A stretch of DNA of 64,000 nt from an uncultured delta proteobacterium (GTDB lineage: Bacteria; Myxococcota_A; UBA9160). The DNA is taken from assembly GCA_963710635.1 (NCBI GenBank), contig CAVQAY010000001.1, positions 25,674-89,673 of the forward strand, given 5' to 3'. Under the pieces are notes generated by a model. It was not told the DNA's origin. It ran no database searches and saw only the letters and a program-made list of their open reading frames with translations. The position numbers were made by a program, and so were the translations under genes. This document shows, piece by piece, positions 1-9,406 of the stretch (position 1 is the stretch's first letter; the number at the start of each line of letters is the position of its first letter).

Positions 1-182
1 TTGCCTATGTGAACGGGCTGGATGTGGGCACCTGCAACATCTGGGAACAGCCCGGGTACCGGATTGAAATGTCGCCCTTTGGCGGCATCAAGGACAGCGG
101 CAACGGCGTCAAGGAAGGCGTGTTGGAAGCGATGAAGTTCTTTACCAACGTGAAAACCTATTCGCTGCCTTGGCCGCGCTAG
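1..182 (+). CDS. aldehyde dehydrogenase family protein, C-terminal fragment (5' end outside window)
   Basis: Open frame from nt 3 to TAG at 180-182. Absent from the ORF track because it has no start in the window. The translation ...[38 protein letters not shown] carries the conserved PFGG-x-K-x-SG C-terminal motif of NAD(P)-dependent aldehyde dehydrogenases. Confidence 0.7.
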   Translation, partial: AYVNGLDVGTCNIWEQPGYRIEMSPFGGIKDSGNGVKEGVLEAMKFFTNVKTYSLPWPR

Positions 183-201
183 GTCGTAAATTTCCCCAAC
201 T

Positions 202-236
202 GGCGGGGGCTTTACGCCCCCGCCGTCCATTTTTGA
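202..236 (+). terminator. rho-independent terminator after the aldehyde dehydrogenase gene
   Basis: GGCGGGGGC (202-210), loop tttac, GCCCCCGCC (216-224), then GTCCATTTTT. Confidence 0.6.
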
Positions 237-249
237 ACGGGACGATCAC

Positions 250-1608
250 GTGACCAAACCGGCCTTTCATACCGAAGGGGAATCCAACACATCGGCCCTG
301 CGCCAGCGCTGGCTGGACAAATCCATCGGGCCGCACTCTGCCCCGTTGTTAAAACGCGATGGCAACGCGTTCCTGCATCAAAGCCTGTCCAGTCCCTGTG
401 TCAGCACCATCGCCAAGGCAGAAGGCATCTGGATCGAGGATAAAGACGGACGCCGTTATATGGATTTCCACGGAAATTCGGTGCATCACATCGGCTATGG
501 CCACCCGCGTCTGGTGGCCGCGATCAAGGCGCAACTGGATGATCTGCCCTTTGCGCCGCGCCGCTTTACCTGTGATCCGGCGGTGGAACTGGCCGAAAAG
601 CTTGCTGAAATCAGCCCCGGTGATCTGTCAAAATGTCTGTTCACCACGGGCGGGTCGGACGCCAACGAGGTGGCGCTGAAAATCGCCCGCGCCGCGACGG
701 GTCGGTTCAAGACCGTGTCGTTCTGGGATGCGTTTCACGGTGCGGGCTTCGGCTCTGCCTCGGTCGGGGGCGAGGCGACGTTCCGGTCGCACATCGCGGG
801 GCCGCTGGTGCCGGGGGCCGAACACGTGGCACCGTTTGCCTGCTATCGCTGCCCTTACAACCACGCAGGACCGGATGTGTGCGGGCTGGCCTGCGCCAAG
901 ATGGTTGACTACGTGCTGGAACGCGAAGGCGATGTGGCGGCTGTTATCGCCGAACCGATGCGCGCGGTGCCCTATGTGCCGCCCCCCGGCTTCTGGAAGG
1001 CCGTACGTGAGGCTTGTACCCGCCATGGTGCCTTGCTGATCCTTGATGAAATTCCGACCGGTCTGGGCAAGACCGGCAAAATGTTCGCCTTTGAACATGA
1101 TGACATCCAGCCCGATATCGTGACCATCGGCAAGGCGCTGGGGGGTGGTATCCTGCCCATTGCTGCCTGCATCACAACGCCGGCGCTGGACGTCTGCGGT
1201 GATTTCGCAATCGGCCACTACACCCACGAAAAAAACCCCGTGACCAGCCGCGCGGCGCTGACCACCTTGCAGATTATCGAAGATGAAAACCTTGTGCAGC
1301 GGTCCGCCGAACTGGGGACCTACGCAATGGAACGGTTGCAAAACACCTTGGCTGACTGCCCGATTGTCGGTGACATTCGGGGCAGGGGGCTGATGTTCGG
1401 GGTGGAAATCGTGGCCGATCGCGCCACCAAAGAACCGGGCTTCGATCTGGCGGAACGGATTTATTATCAGTGCCTTGAAGCAGGGTTAAGCTTCAAGATC
1501 AGTCAGGGCTGTGTGCTGACCCTGTCGCCACCACTGACCATCGCGCAAGACGATCTGGAAACCGCGCTTGGCATCGTCGAAACGGCGATCACCGGACAAG
1601 CCGCTTGA
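250..1608 (+). CDS. class-III (omega) pyridoxal-phosphate aminotransferase
   Basis: 452-aa ORF with GTG start. Shows FTTGGSDANEVALKIAR, ILDEIPTGLGKTGKMFAFEH and TIGKALGGG (PLP-lysine region), typical of the acetylornithine/GABA/omega-aminotransferase family. Confidence 0.85.
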   Translation: MTKPAFHTEGESNTSALRQRWLDKSIGPHSAPLLKRDGNAFLHQSLSSPCVSTIAKAEGIWIEDKDGRRYMDFHGNSVHHIGYGHPRLVAAIKAQLDDLPFAPRRFTCDPAVELAEKLAEISPGDLSKCLFTTGGSDANEVALKIARAATGRFKTVSFWDAFHGAGFGSASVGGEATFRSHIAGPLVPGAEHVAPFACYRCPYNHAGPDVCGLACAKMVDYVLEREGDVAAVIAEPMRAVPYVPPPGFWKAVREACTRHGALLILDEIPTGLGKTGKMFAFEHDDIQPDIVTIGKALGGGILPIAACITTPALDVCGDFAIGHYTHEKNPVTSRAALTTLQIIEDENLVQRSAELGTYAMERLQNTLADCPIVGDIRGRGLMFGVEIVADRATKEPGFDLAERIYYQCLEAGLSFKISQGCVLTLSPPLTIAQDDLETALGIVETAITGQAA

Positions 1609-2450
1609 GCGTTACAACCTTTGGCATCGTCCTGTTTGCGGCGTTTCTGCACGCCTTCTGGAATGCGGTGGTCAAGGGGGCGGCAGACAAGACAATTGTT
1701 CTGGGCCTGATCGCTTTGGGCCATGTGATCCCCGGAATTGCGATGGTCGCCTTGTCGCCTGCGATTACCAGTGCTGCCATTCCGTTTATTATCGCTTCTA
1801 CTGTGATCCACTGGGTCTATTATTACCTGCTGAATGTTGCCTACCGCGTGGGTGATCTGAGCATGGTTTACCCGATCGCGCGCGGGTTGGCACCGGTTCT
1901 GATCGCGCTGGGGGCGCAAGTGTTCGTTGGCGAACGGTTGCCCGCAGTGGCGTGGGGCGGCATTTTTTGTGTCTCCCTTGGTATTATGGTGCTCACCCAC
2001 GGCGTGTTCCGGTCCGGATTGCCGGTTCTTGGTTTGGCGGCCGCTGTTGGAACCGCGATGGCAATTGCATCCTATTCCATCGTGGATGGCGTTGGCGTGC
2101 GCCTGTCGGGAAGCGTTCTGGGCTATATCGGGTGGCTGTTTGTGGCGGAAATAATTGTTGCCGTTTACATCTTTGCGTCCCGTCGCGACAGGGTGCGGGC
2201 AATGAGCCGTCAAACGATCATTCTGGGCATTGCGGGCGGCGTAATTTCGGGCCTTGCCTATGCGCTTGTGCTTTATGCGAAAACGCTTGCGCCGCTGGGT
2301 ATCGTATCGGCCTTGCGCGAAACCTCTGTGATTTTTGCCGCCTTGATCGGGGTGATCTGGTTCAAGGAAGGTCCGCGCCGCCCACGACTGATCGCAGGGT
2401 GTGTCGTTGCCACGGGTATCGTTCTGATCGCAACGGCCGGCCATCAGTAA
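1605..2450 (+). CDS. EamA/DMT-family transporter
   Basis: 281-aa polytopic hydrophobic protein of about 10 TM segments with two EamA-like halves. The TTG start overlaps the aminotransferase stop (cTTGAg). The exact start is uncertain. Confidence 0.7.
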   Translation: MSVTTFGIVLFAAFLHAFWNAVVKGAADKTIVLGLIALGHVIPGIAMVALSPAITSAAIPFIIASTVIHWVYYYLLNVAYRVGDLSMVYPIARGLAPVLIALGAQVFVGERLPAVAWGGIFCVSLGIMVLTHGVFRSGLPVLGLAAAVGTAMAIASYSIVDGVGVRLSGSVLGYIGWLFVAEIIVAVYIFASRRDRVRAMSRQTIILGIAGGVISGLAYALVLYAKTLAPLGIVSALRETSVIFAALIGVIWFKEGPRRPRLIAGCVVATGIVLIATAGHQ

Positions 2451-2567
2451 AAAAAGTGTGGGGTTTCGTGTTAAATCTGCAATTGTCATCAAAAACCCAC
2501 ATTAAAACACAAAACCTGATCGACTGTCCTGCGCATTTGTGGCTTTATAGGTGTTTAGGGAGCAGCG

Positions 2568-3365
2568 ATGTCCAAGCCACGCAATAATCGGTCGACCCAC
2601 CGCGAAATCGAACTTCTTGATGCGTTGCGCCGCGTCGGAGGATCGGCGCGTATTGCCAATCTGGCCGAGGTTATGGGCGTGTCCGAAGAAACCATTCGCC
2701 GCACATCCAAGGCGCTGGCCAAGGCCGATCTGGTGCGCCGTGTGCATGGGGGTGTGTTTCTGGCCAATGCCGAGGCCGAAAGCAGTGTTCTGTCACGGCT
2801 GGGGCAACGATCCACGGAAAAGCGCAAGATCGCGCAGGCCGCCGCCGATCTGATACCCGACGGCGCCTGCGTGTTTCTGGACGTGGGATCAACCACGGCT
2901 TTTGTGGCCAATGCATTGCACAAGCACCGCAAGCTGACCGTCGTGACCAATTCGCTGAACGCAGCGCAGGCAATGCTGAACCAGAGCGACAACCGGGTGT
3001 TTCTGGCGGGCGGAGAATTGCGCCGTACCGAACGCGGGGCATTCGGTGCGGACACATCGGCATTCCTGCAGAAATTCTATTTCGATTTTGCCATTCTCAG
3101 TGTCGACGGGATTGACGCCAAAGGCGGATTTTTCCTGCTGGGCGCACAAGAGGCGGCGATTGCGCAGGATGTGGTGCAGCGCACCCGCCACTGTATCGTC
3201 GTTGCCGATCACCTGAAATTCGGCCAAAGCGCCCCGCTGGTGGTGTGCCCGCCCGACCAGATCGACAGTTTCGTGACAGACCGTCCGCTTGCGCCGGTCT
3301 ATCGCAAGAAATTCAGTGAATGGGGCATCAAGACCATTCACGTAGACAAAAGTGCGTTGATGTAA
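2568..3365 (+). CDS. DeoR/GlpR-family transcriptional regulator
   Basis: 265 aa. N-terminal HTH (IANLAEVMGVSEETIRRTSKAL) plus a DeoR C-terminal sugar-phosphate sensor domain (VFLDVGSTT..., AILSVDGID). RBS AGGGAG upstream. Confidence 0.85.
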   Translation: MSKPRNNRSTHREIELLDALRRVGGSARIANLAEVMGVSEETIRRTSKALAKADLVRRVHGGVFLANAEAESSVLSRLGQRSTEKRKIAQAAADLIPDGACVFLDVGSTTAFVANALHKHRKLTVVTNSLNAAQAMLNQSDNRVFLAGGELRRTERGAFGADTSAFLQKFYFDFAILSVDGIDAKGGFFLLGAQEAAIAQDVVQRTRHCIVVADHLKFGQSAPLVVCPPDQIDSFVTDRPLAPVYRKKFSEWGIKTIHVDKSALM

Positions 3366-4141
3366 TGACAACAGATATTGTTCAGGATTGTGCCGAAATT
3401 TCGGCTTTGGCGTCCACGGCCGCGATGAAGTTTTTTCGCCAACCGCTTGGCGTTGATTTCAAATCAGATGACAGCCCGGTCACACATGCGGATAAAACCG
3501 TGGAGTCGCTGGTGCGCGCTGAAATCGCGCGGCGCCATCCCGCCCACGGCATTCTGGGCGAAGAACACGGACAAGAGCGTGCCGGCCACCCCGACCTATG
3601 GGTTGTGGACCCGATTGACGGGACAAGATCGTTCATTTCGGGCTACCCGCTGTTCGGGTTCTTGCTGGCCTATCTGCACGATGGCCAGCCACAGGCTGGT
3701 GTAATCGCGATGCCCGCACTGGATGAAACCTATATTGGCAGCACCGGGCAGGGCGCGACCCTGAACGGCGCACCGATCCGCGTGTCGTCGCAAACCCGGC
3801 TAGATGATGCCATTGTCTATATCAACGAAGGCGACAAGATATTTGCGGATCACCCCGATCTGTTTGCTGTGCTGATGCGCACCGGCCAGACGCGGCGTTT
3901 GTCTTATGATTGCTACCCGCACGCGCTGTTGGCGGCGGGGCATGTGGATGTTGTGGTGGATTACGATCTTAAGCCCTATGATTTTCTGGCCCTGCGGCCG
4001 GTCATCGAAGCCGCAGGCGGGTGCCTGACCGATTGGGAGGGTAAAATACCGCGCGCGGACTATGAGGGCGCGATTGTTGCCAGTGCCACACCTGCATTGC
4101 ATGATCAGATGCTGGCGATCTTGCGGAGCGCCCAGCCATGA
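3365..4141 (+). CDS. inositol monophosphatase family protein (HisN-like phosphatase)
   Basis: In-frame ATG at 3365 overlaps the DeoR stop by 1 nt (TAATG). Motifs LGEE and WVVDPIDGT..F, plus a C-terminal IMPase-fold region, are present. Confidence 0.8.
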   Translation: MTTDIVQDCAEISALASTAAMKFFRQPLGVDFKSDDSPVTHADKTVESLVRAEIARRHPAHGILGEEHGQERAGHPDLWVVDPIDGTRSFISGYPLFGFLLAYLHDGQPQAGVIAMPALDETYIGSTGQGATLNGAPIRVSSQTRLDDAIVYINEGDKIFADHPDLFAVLMRTGQTRRLSYDCYPHALLAAGHVDVVVDYDLKPYDFLALRPVIEAAGGCLTDWEGKIPRADYEGAIVASATPALHDQMLAILRSAQP

Positions 4142-5820
4142 CAATTCTGTGGTTTCTTGTGCATCTTGCAGGGGCAACAATGCTGTTGCTGTTCGCGGTC
4201 CGCATGGTGCGCACCGGCATTGAGCGCGCTTTCGGGGCCTCGTTCCGGCGCGCGGTAACACAAACGCAAAGCCCGATACGGTCTGCCGGAACCGGCATTG
4301 TTTTGGCGATTGTCCTGCAAAGCTCTGCCGCCGTGGCGTTGCTGGTGTCCGGATTTGCGGGCACGGGGACCATTCCCTTTGGTGCCGGACTGGCGATGGT
4401 GCTGGGGGCTGATCTTGGTTCGGCCCTGTTGATCCAGGTGCTGTCCTTCGATCTGGAATGGCTGCTGCCGATCCTGCTGGCGTTGGGGGGCGGGTTTTTC
4501 ATCAAATCCGAAGGCCGCAAGCTGAAACAGGCGGGCCGGATTATCATGGGCATCGCGTTTATACTGATCTCGCTGCGCTTTTTGCGCGAAACGATGGAGC
4601 CGATCCGCGACAGTGCCTTTCTGCCTTCGCTCGCCGGATATCTGGAGCGGGACTTTGTCACCGCCTTTATCGTCGGGGGGGCTTTGGCGTTTGTCATGCA
4701 TTCAAGCGTTGCGGTGATCCTGATGTGTGTCACCCTTGTGTCAATCGGGGCCATTCCGGTGCAGGCGGGCATATCGTTGGTGCTGGGGGCCAATCTGGGC
4801 AGTGCCCTGATCCCGGTCTGGCTGACGCGGGGCATGTCGGCATTGTCGCGTCGCATACCGGTGGCCAACCTGATGTTGCGCGGCAGTGGCGCGATGATCG
4901 CGCTGTTGGTGATGAACAAACTGCCGATCCTGCCCTATTTCGAAGATATCCGCCCGGCACAAACACTGGTTTACGTGCATATTCTGTTCAACATCGCCCT
5001 GTTGAGCGCGTTGCCGTTCTGCACACTTCTGGCTGGCCCGCTGCAACGGTTGCTGCCCGATCATGACCTGCAAACCATGGATGTGCTCAGCCGCAATATC
5101 AGTGTGCTGGATGATGCCGTTCTGGATCGCCCGCAACTGGCACTGTCGACGATGAAACGCGAAGTGTTGCGGATGGCACAGGTGGTCGAAGGCATGATGC
5201 GGCCCGTGATGGACCTATATTCGCATTACGACAAAGATGTCGCGTCCGCGATCAAGGCGCAGGACAGCATCGTGAACACGGCGCTGGATGACATCCGGCG
5301 CTACACGGCTGCAATGAATGCCGAAAAGATGCGCAAATACGATCAGAAACACGCGCGTGAATTGACCGAATATGCGATTGCCGTTGAAACCGCAGGTGAC
5401 ATCATCGTCAAACGCCTGCTGCCCATGGCACGCGAAAAGGCCGATCAGAACATCCGGTTTTCCAAGGCCGGCGCGGACGAGCTTGAGGCGATCCACGATC
5501 GGGTGATGGCAAACATGGCGCTGGCGTCCAATGTGCTGATTTCCGATGATGTGGAAAGCGCGCGCCTGTTGCTGGAAGAGAAAAGCGAAATGACCCGGAT
5601 GGAGCGCAAAAGCCGCAAACGCCATCTGCAAAGGTTAAGCGCGGGGGCGCAGATCAGCTTTGAATCCAGTGACATCCATCTGGAAACCGTCAGTGCCTTG
5701 CGTGAATTCAACAGCCATATTTCCGCTGTCGCCTATCCGATCCTGTATCGCAACGGGCAATTGCTGGAAACGCGTCTTATCCAGGGCATCGGAAAAGAAG
5801 AGGTCGATGCCGACAATTAA
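4138..5820 (+). CDS. Na/Pi cotransporter family protein with C-terminal PhoU-like domain
   Basis: 560 aa. The N-terminal half is polytopic with a duplicated GANLGS/GADLGS motif, as in Na/Pi cotransporter II-related proteins. The C-terminal half is a helical PhoU-like repeat. ATGA overlap with the upstream gene. Confidence 0.85.
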   Translation: MTILWFLVHLAGATMLLLFAVRMVRTGIERAFGASFRRAVTQTQSPIRSAGTGIVLAIVLQSSAAVALLVSGFAGTGTIPFGAGLAMVLGADLGSALLIQVLSFDLEWLLPILLALGGGFFIKSEGRKLKQAGRIIMGIAFILISLRFLRETMEPIRDSAFLPSLAGYLERDFVTAFIVGGALAFVMHSSVAVILMCVTLVSIGAIPVQAGISLVLGANLGSALIPVWLTRGMSALSRRIPVANLMLRGSGAMIALLVMNKLPILPYFEDIRPAQTLVYVHILFNIALLSALPFCTLLAGPLQRLLPDHDLQTMDVLSRNISVLDDAVLDRPQLALSTMKREVLRMAQVVEGMMRPVMDLYSHYDKDVASAIKAQDSIVNTALDDIRRYTAAMNAEKMRKYDQKHARELTEYAIAVETAGDIIVKRLLPMAREKADQNIRFSKAGADELEAIHDRVMANMALASNVLISDDVESARLLLEEKSEMTRMERKSRKRHLQRLSAGAQISFESSDIHLETVSALREFNSHISAVAYPILYRNGQLLETRLIQGIGKEEVDADN

Positions 5821-5845
5821 GACGTGCTGATTTGTGGTTCCATAC

Positions 5846-7282
5846 CTACAGGATCGGCCCGATTGTCGCGATCACGTTGTTCCAGATTCGGTTGTGATAG
5901 GGCCAGTTCAGAACATCGCTCAGACGCACTTCGTCCGATTGCGACAGGTAATGGGTCTGGCGGGTCATGATATCGGCCGTGATGGCGCTGTCTTGTAGCA
6001 GAATGTTGTTTTCATAATTCAGATCGAAACTGCGCAGGTCCAGATTGGAGGATCCGATCAGGCTGATGCTGTCATCCACAGTCAGGGTCTTGGCGTGCAG
6101 CAATCCGCCCTTGAACTCATGAATACGCGCGCCCGCGGTCAGTAGTTTCTTGTAATAACTGCGGCTGGCCGCGGCGACGATCCATGAATCGTTCTTTTCA
6201 GGAAAGATCAGCGTCACACGCACACCGCGATAGGCCGCGCTGCACAGCGCTTCGAAAACCGTGGCATCCGGCACAAAATACGGTGTCGTAAGGGTAATGT
6301 GGTCACGTGCGCAATTGATCAGCGTGGCAAACAGTTGCGGCGTTGCGCCCATGCGTTCTGTCGGGCCGTCGCCCATCACAACGGCGGCAAACCCGTCTGG
6401 GTGGGCGGTGTTGTCCCATGTGAAAATGTCGAAACTTGCATCTGTGGCCTGCATCCAGTCGCTTGCGAACAGCAACTGGTTCTGCGCCACGACCGGCCCT
6501 TGAAACCGCAGCATGATGTCCACCCACGGCGCGTATTTCGGTTTGACCCGAAATTCGGGATCGGCGCAGTTCTGGCTGCCGCAATACCCGATTGCCCCGT
6601 CAATCACGGTGATCTTGCGGTGGTTGCGCAGATCCAGACGGCTGGTGATCATGGTGTGGAACACATTGCGGAACGGCAGGGCGATGGCAAGGTGAACGCC
6701 GGCTTCTTTCATCTCGCGCCAGAGGGGCGAATGGATCATCGCGCGTGATCCCATGCCATCGGCAATCGCACGGCAGGTTACACCGCGCTGCGCGGCACGG
6801 ATCAGGGCCTTGCCCAATTCGGTGCCGGTATCGTCATTCAGCCAGATGTAGTACAGCACATGCACATGGTCGCGCGCGCCGTCAATGTCAGCAATCATGC
6901 GCGCGCGGGTGTGCGCGGCATCCCGCATCACCTCGGCCGTATTGCCTGTGACGGTCTGAAACCCGTTGATGGAGGCCGCATAGTGAAAGGCGGGGCGGTA
7001 AGGCAACGCAATGGTGTTGTCCGTGACAGTGCCCGTGCCGATGGCGTCGGCCGCCTTTTTGCGGATCTGGTCGAAAATACGGGTGTGGCGCGCATCGGCG
7101 GATTTGCCCAGATTGACCTCGCCGAACAGGAAATAGACCAAGGTTCCGGCATAAGGCAGCAGCATCAGAACGATAAACCACGCAAGGCGGGTGGTCGGCA
7201 CCAGATCATCGCGCAACAGAATGCGAATGGTAAAAGCCGCCACAATCAGAAAATGCGCGAGAACAAGAAAGGCAACAATCAT
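5846..7282 (-). CDS. cls: cardiolipin synthase
   Basis: Two HKD motifs (HRKITVIDG...GSQN and LHAKTLTVDD...GSSNLD) and two N-terminal TM helices. Start trimmed to the internal ATG (MIVAFLVLAHF...), which overlaps the upstream gene's stop by 4 nt. The 561-aa extended ORF has an Arg-rich, implausible N-terminus. Confidence 0.85.
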   Translation of the reverse strand: MIVAFLVLAHFLIVAAFTIRILLRDDLVPTTRLAWFIVLMLLPYAGTLVYFLFGEVNLGKSADARHTRIFDQIRKKAADAIGTGTVTDNTIALPYRPAFHYAASINGFQTVTGNTAEVMRDAAHTRARMIADIDGARDHVHVLYYIWLNDDTGTELGKALIRAAQRGVTCRAIADGMGSRAMIHSPLWREMKEAGVHLAIALPFRNVFHTMITSRLDLRNHRKITVIDGAIGYCGSQNCADPEFRVKPKYAPWVDIMLRFQGPVVAQNQLLFASDWMQATDASFDIFTWDNTAHPDGFAAVVMGDGPTERMGATPQLFATLINCARDHITLTTPYFVPDATVFEALCSAAYRGVRVTLIFPEKNDSWIVAAASRSYYKKLLTAGARIHEFKGGLLHAKTLTVDDSISLIGSSNLDLRSFDLNYENNILLQDSAITADIMTRQTHYLSQSDEVRLSDVLNWPYHNRIWNNVIATIGPIL

Positions 7283-8004
7283 GCCGACGCGTCCGCCTTT
7301 GATTGACGGGCTATCTTTGACAGATCGATATCGGCGTACACCGGCAAATGATCCGACGCACGGCGCGCCAGCGGCGATGTGTGCACGCCTGCGGAAACCG
7401 ACTGGGTAAAGCTGTAAAACACGAACCGGTCCAGTGCCGCAATGGGGCGCGCACTGTGAAAACTGCGCCCCGGGATCACAACGTCGAAATCGGGGCCAAA
7501 GCCTTCGAACACACGCCCGTAGGTTTTCCATTCGTTGAAATCCGCTGCCACAATCGTTGGCATCGGGCTGTCATGGATATGGGTGCGCAACGCTTTGACC
7601 TGCTTGGCGCGCATACCCCCTGACAAGGCCAGATGGGTGCCGATCACGCGCAATTCACCCGCTTGCGGATGGGTGAAAGTTGCCGCAACAGCGCCGCGCG
7701 GTTCGATTGATGGCAGGATCAGTCGCTGGGTTTGCGACAATAGAAAGGGCGGGCGAAACAGGATCGCGTTGCCATGCCAGCCGTGGCTGTCAATACGCGT
7801 GGACACATCGGCAAATTCATAGCCGCATTCGCGGATCAACCGTTCGGCCGGCAACGTCCCTGCGCGTGATCCGGTGCGTTTGTCCGCCTCTTGCAGGACG
7901 ACGACATCGGCATCGATTTCGGACAGGACATCAACAATTCGATCCGGATCGCGGCGCCAGTCCAACCCCACGGATTTTCGAATATTGTAGCTGGCTATTC
8001 TCAT
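7279..8004 (-). CDS. endonuclease/exonuclease/phosphatase (EEP) family protein, YbhP-like
   Basis: 241 aa. MRIASYNIRK...VVVLQEAD...SDHLPVYADI are EEP-fold signatures. It sits immediately upstream of cls and is translationally coupled to it, as ybhP is with clsB in E. coli. Confidence 0.8.
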   Translation of the reverse strand: MRIASYNIRKSVGLDWRRDPDRIVDVLSEIDADVVVLQEADKRTGSRAGTLPAERLIRECGYEFADVSTRIDSHGWHGNAILFRPPFLLSQTQRLILPSIEPRGAVAATFTHPQAGELRVIGTHLALSGGMRAKQVKALRTHIHDSPMPTIVAADFNEWKTYGRVFEGFGPDFDVVIPGRSFHSARPIAALDRFVFYSFTQSVSAGVHTSPLARRASDHLPVYADIDLSKIARQSKADASA

Positions 8005-8125
8005 ACCGGTTCAAATTTTCCTTTCTGTCAAAGAAACGGCCCCGCCGTGAAACTTCAAGGGGCAATGTGAAAAATTGCACCACGCACCTGCGCAAACCAT
8101 CTGTCCATTCCAAGGCGTATCGCGT

Positions 8126-8792
8126 ATGACACGCAGGATGAGAAACGCGCATTTTTCAACGCAAAGCGACGGGCTTGATCCGGCAAACCTGATCGTATGC
8201 CCCAGCTGCGATGCCGTGTTTACCGTGCATGTTCCGGACAAGGGCGAACGCTCGGTCTGTAGCAGGTGTCACACGGTGCTGATCGCGCCGCGCAAGCGTG
8301 CCGGTATGCATATTATCACGGTGTCGCTGGCGGTGGTGATCCTGATTTTTGCGGCTGCGGTGTTTCCGTTCATGTCGATCGATGCGGCGGGCGCGCACAA
8401 TCAGGTGTCAATTCTGGACGCGGCACTGGCGTTTCAGGGCGGGCCGCTGTTTGTGGTGTCTTTGCTGACGGCGGCGATGATCCTGTTCGATCCCCATGTT
8501 GCGGATGTTACTGGTGATTTACGTGCTGACGCCATTGGTGTTCGATCGCCCGCCAGCGCGCAACGCCAAGGCGGCCTTTCAGGCGTCTGAACGGTTGCGG
8601 CCATGGTCGATGGCGGAAATATTTGTGTTGGGCTGTGCGGTGTCGCTGATCAAGATCAGTGATATCGCGGATGTGGCCCTTGGCCCTGCCTTCTGGATGT
8701 TTGCAGTGTTGGTGGTGTTGGTCGTGGTGCAGGATACGTTTATGTGCAGGTGGTCGGTATGGAACGCGCTGGAACAGCCCCGGACATCGTAA
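8126..8792 (+). pseudogene. pqiA: paraquat-inducible protein A (PqiA) family, first copy, interrupted by an apparent frameshift near 8488-8496
   Basis: ORF 8075..8590 gives the Cys-rich start (CPSCDAVF...CSRCHTVL) and TM segments up to ...LLTAAMILF. The conserved continuation MLRMLLVIYVLTPL...RPWSMAEIFVLGC... lies in ORF 8496..8792, in another frame. The junction is at ga-tcccc-atg. Confidence 0.7.
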
Positions 8793-9406
8793 CGGCCCGC
8801 GAACTGGGCGTAATCGGATGTCAGAATTGCAGCCATGTCTGGCGCGCGGGCACCCGCGAATGCGCCCGGTGCGGGGCGTCGTTGACGGCCCGTGATCCGC
8901 TGTCGCTGCAACGGGTGTGGGCGTGGTGGCTGATCGGGCTGATCTGTTACATTCCGGCAAACATGTTTCCGATGCTCAGCACCCGAACCTTGTTCCTGAC
9001 CAGCGAAGACACGATTGTGGGCGGTGCGGTTACGCTGTTCGCACACGGATCATACGGTATTTCGATTGTCATCATTGTGGCCAGCGTTGTGATCCCGATC
9101 GGAAAGTTTCTGGCCATTGCCTTTCTGGCAACCAGCGTGCAGCGGCGATCACTGGTGCCCCAATCCCAGCGCCACGCCTTGTACGAAATTGTCGAATATA
9201 TCGGGCGGTGGTCGATGATCGACGTGTTTGTCGTTGCCATTCTGTCGTCTCTGGTTCAATTGAATACGCTGGCATCGGTGACGCCGGGGCCAGCCAGTTT
9301 GTTTTTTGCCCTGTCCGTGATTTTCACGATGCTGTCGGCACAAAGCTTTGATTCCCGACTGATCTGGGATCTTGAATCGGACGCGCAGAAAGGATCTGGT
9401 CTTTAA
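8759..9406 (+). CDS. pqiA: paraquat-inducible protein A (PqiA) family, second copy
   Basis: CQNCSHVW...CARCGASL zinc-ribbon-like start, then TM segments and GRWSMIDVFVVAIL, the PqiA signature. Start chosen at the internal ATG (MERAG...). Confidence 0.8.
   Translation: MERAGTAPDIVTARELGVIGCQNCSHVWRAGTRECARCGASLTARDPLSLQRVWAWWLIGLICYIPANMFPMLSTRTLFLTSEDTIVGGAVTLFAHGSYGISIVIIVASVVIPIGKFLAIAFLATSVQRRSLVPQSQRHALYEIVEYIGRWSMIDVFVVAILSSLVQLNTLASVTPGPASLFFALSVIFTMLSAQSFDSRLIWDLESDAQKGSGL

Noticed and set aside
7283-7531. 5' extension of the cls ORF (561-aa version); likewise 58915-59169 for the binding protein, and the other extended starts of the clpP, soxF, soxW, mlaD and aat ORFs
   Set aside because: The extensions are Arg/Cys-rich, and some overlap upstream genes. 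They lack an RBS, whereas the internal ATGs have an RBS, a signal peptide or a 4-nt coupling overlap.
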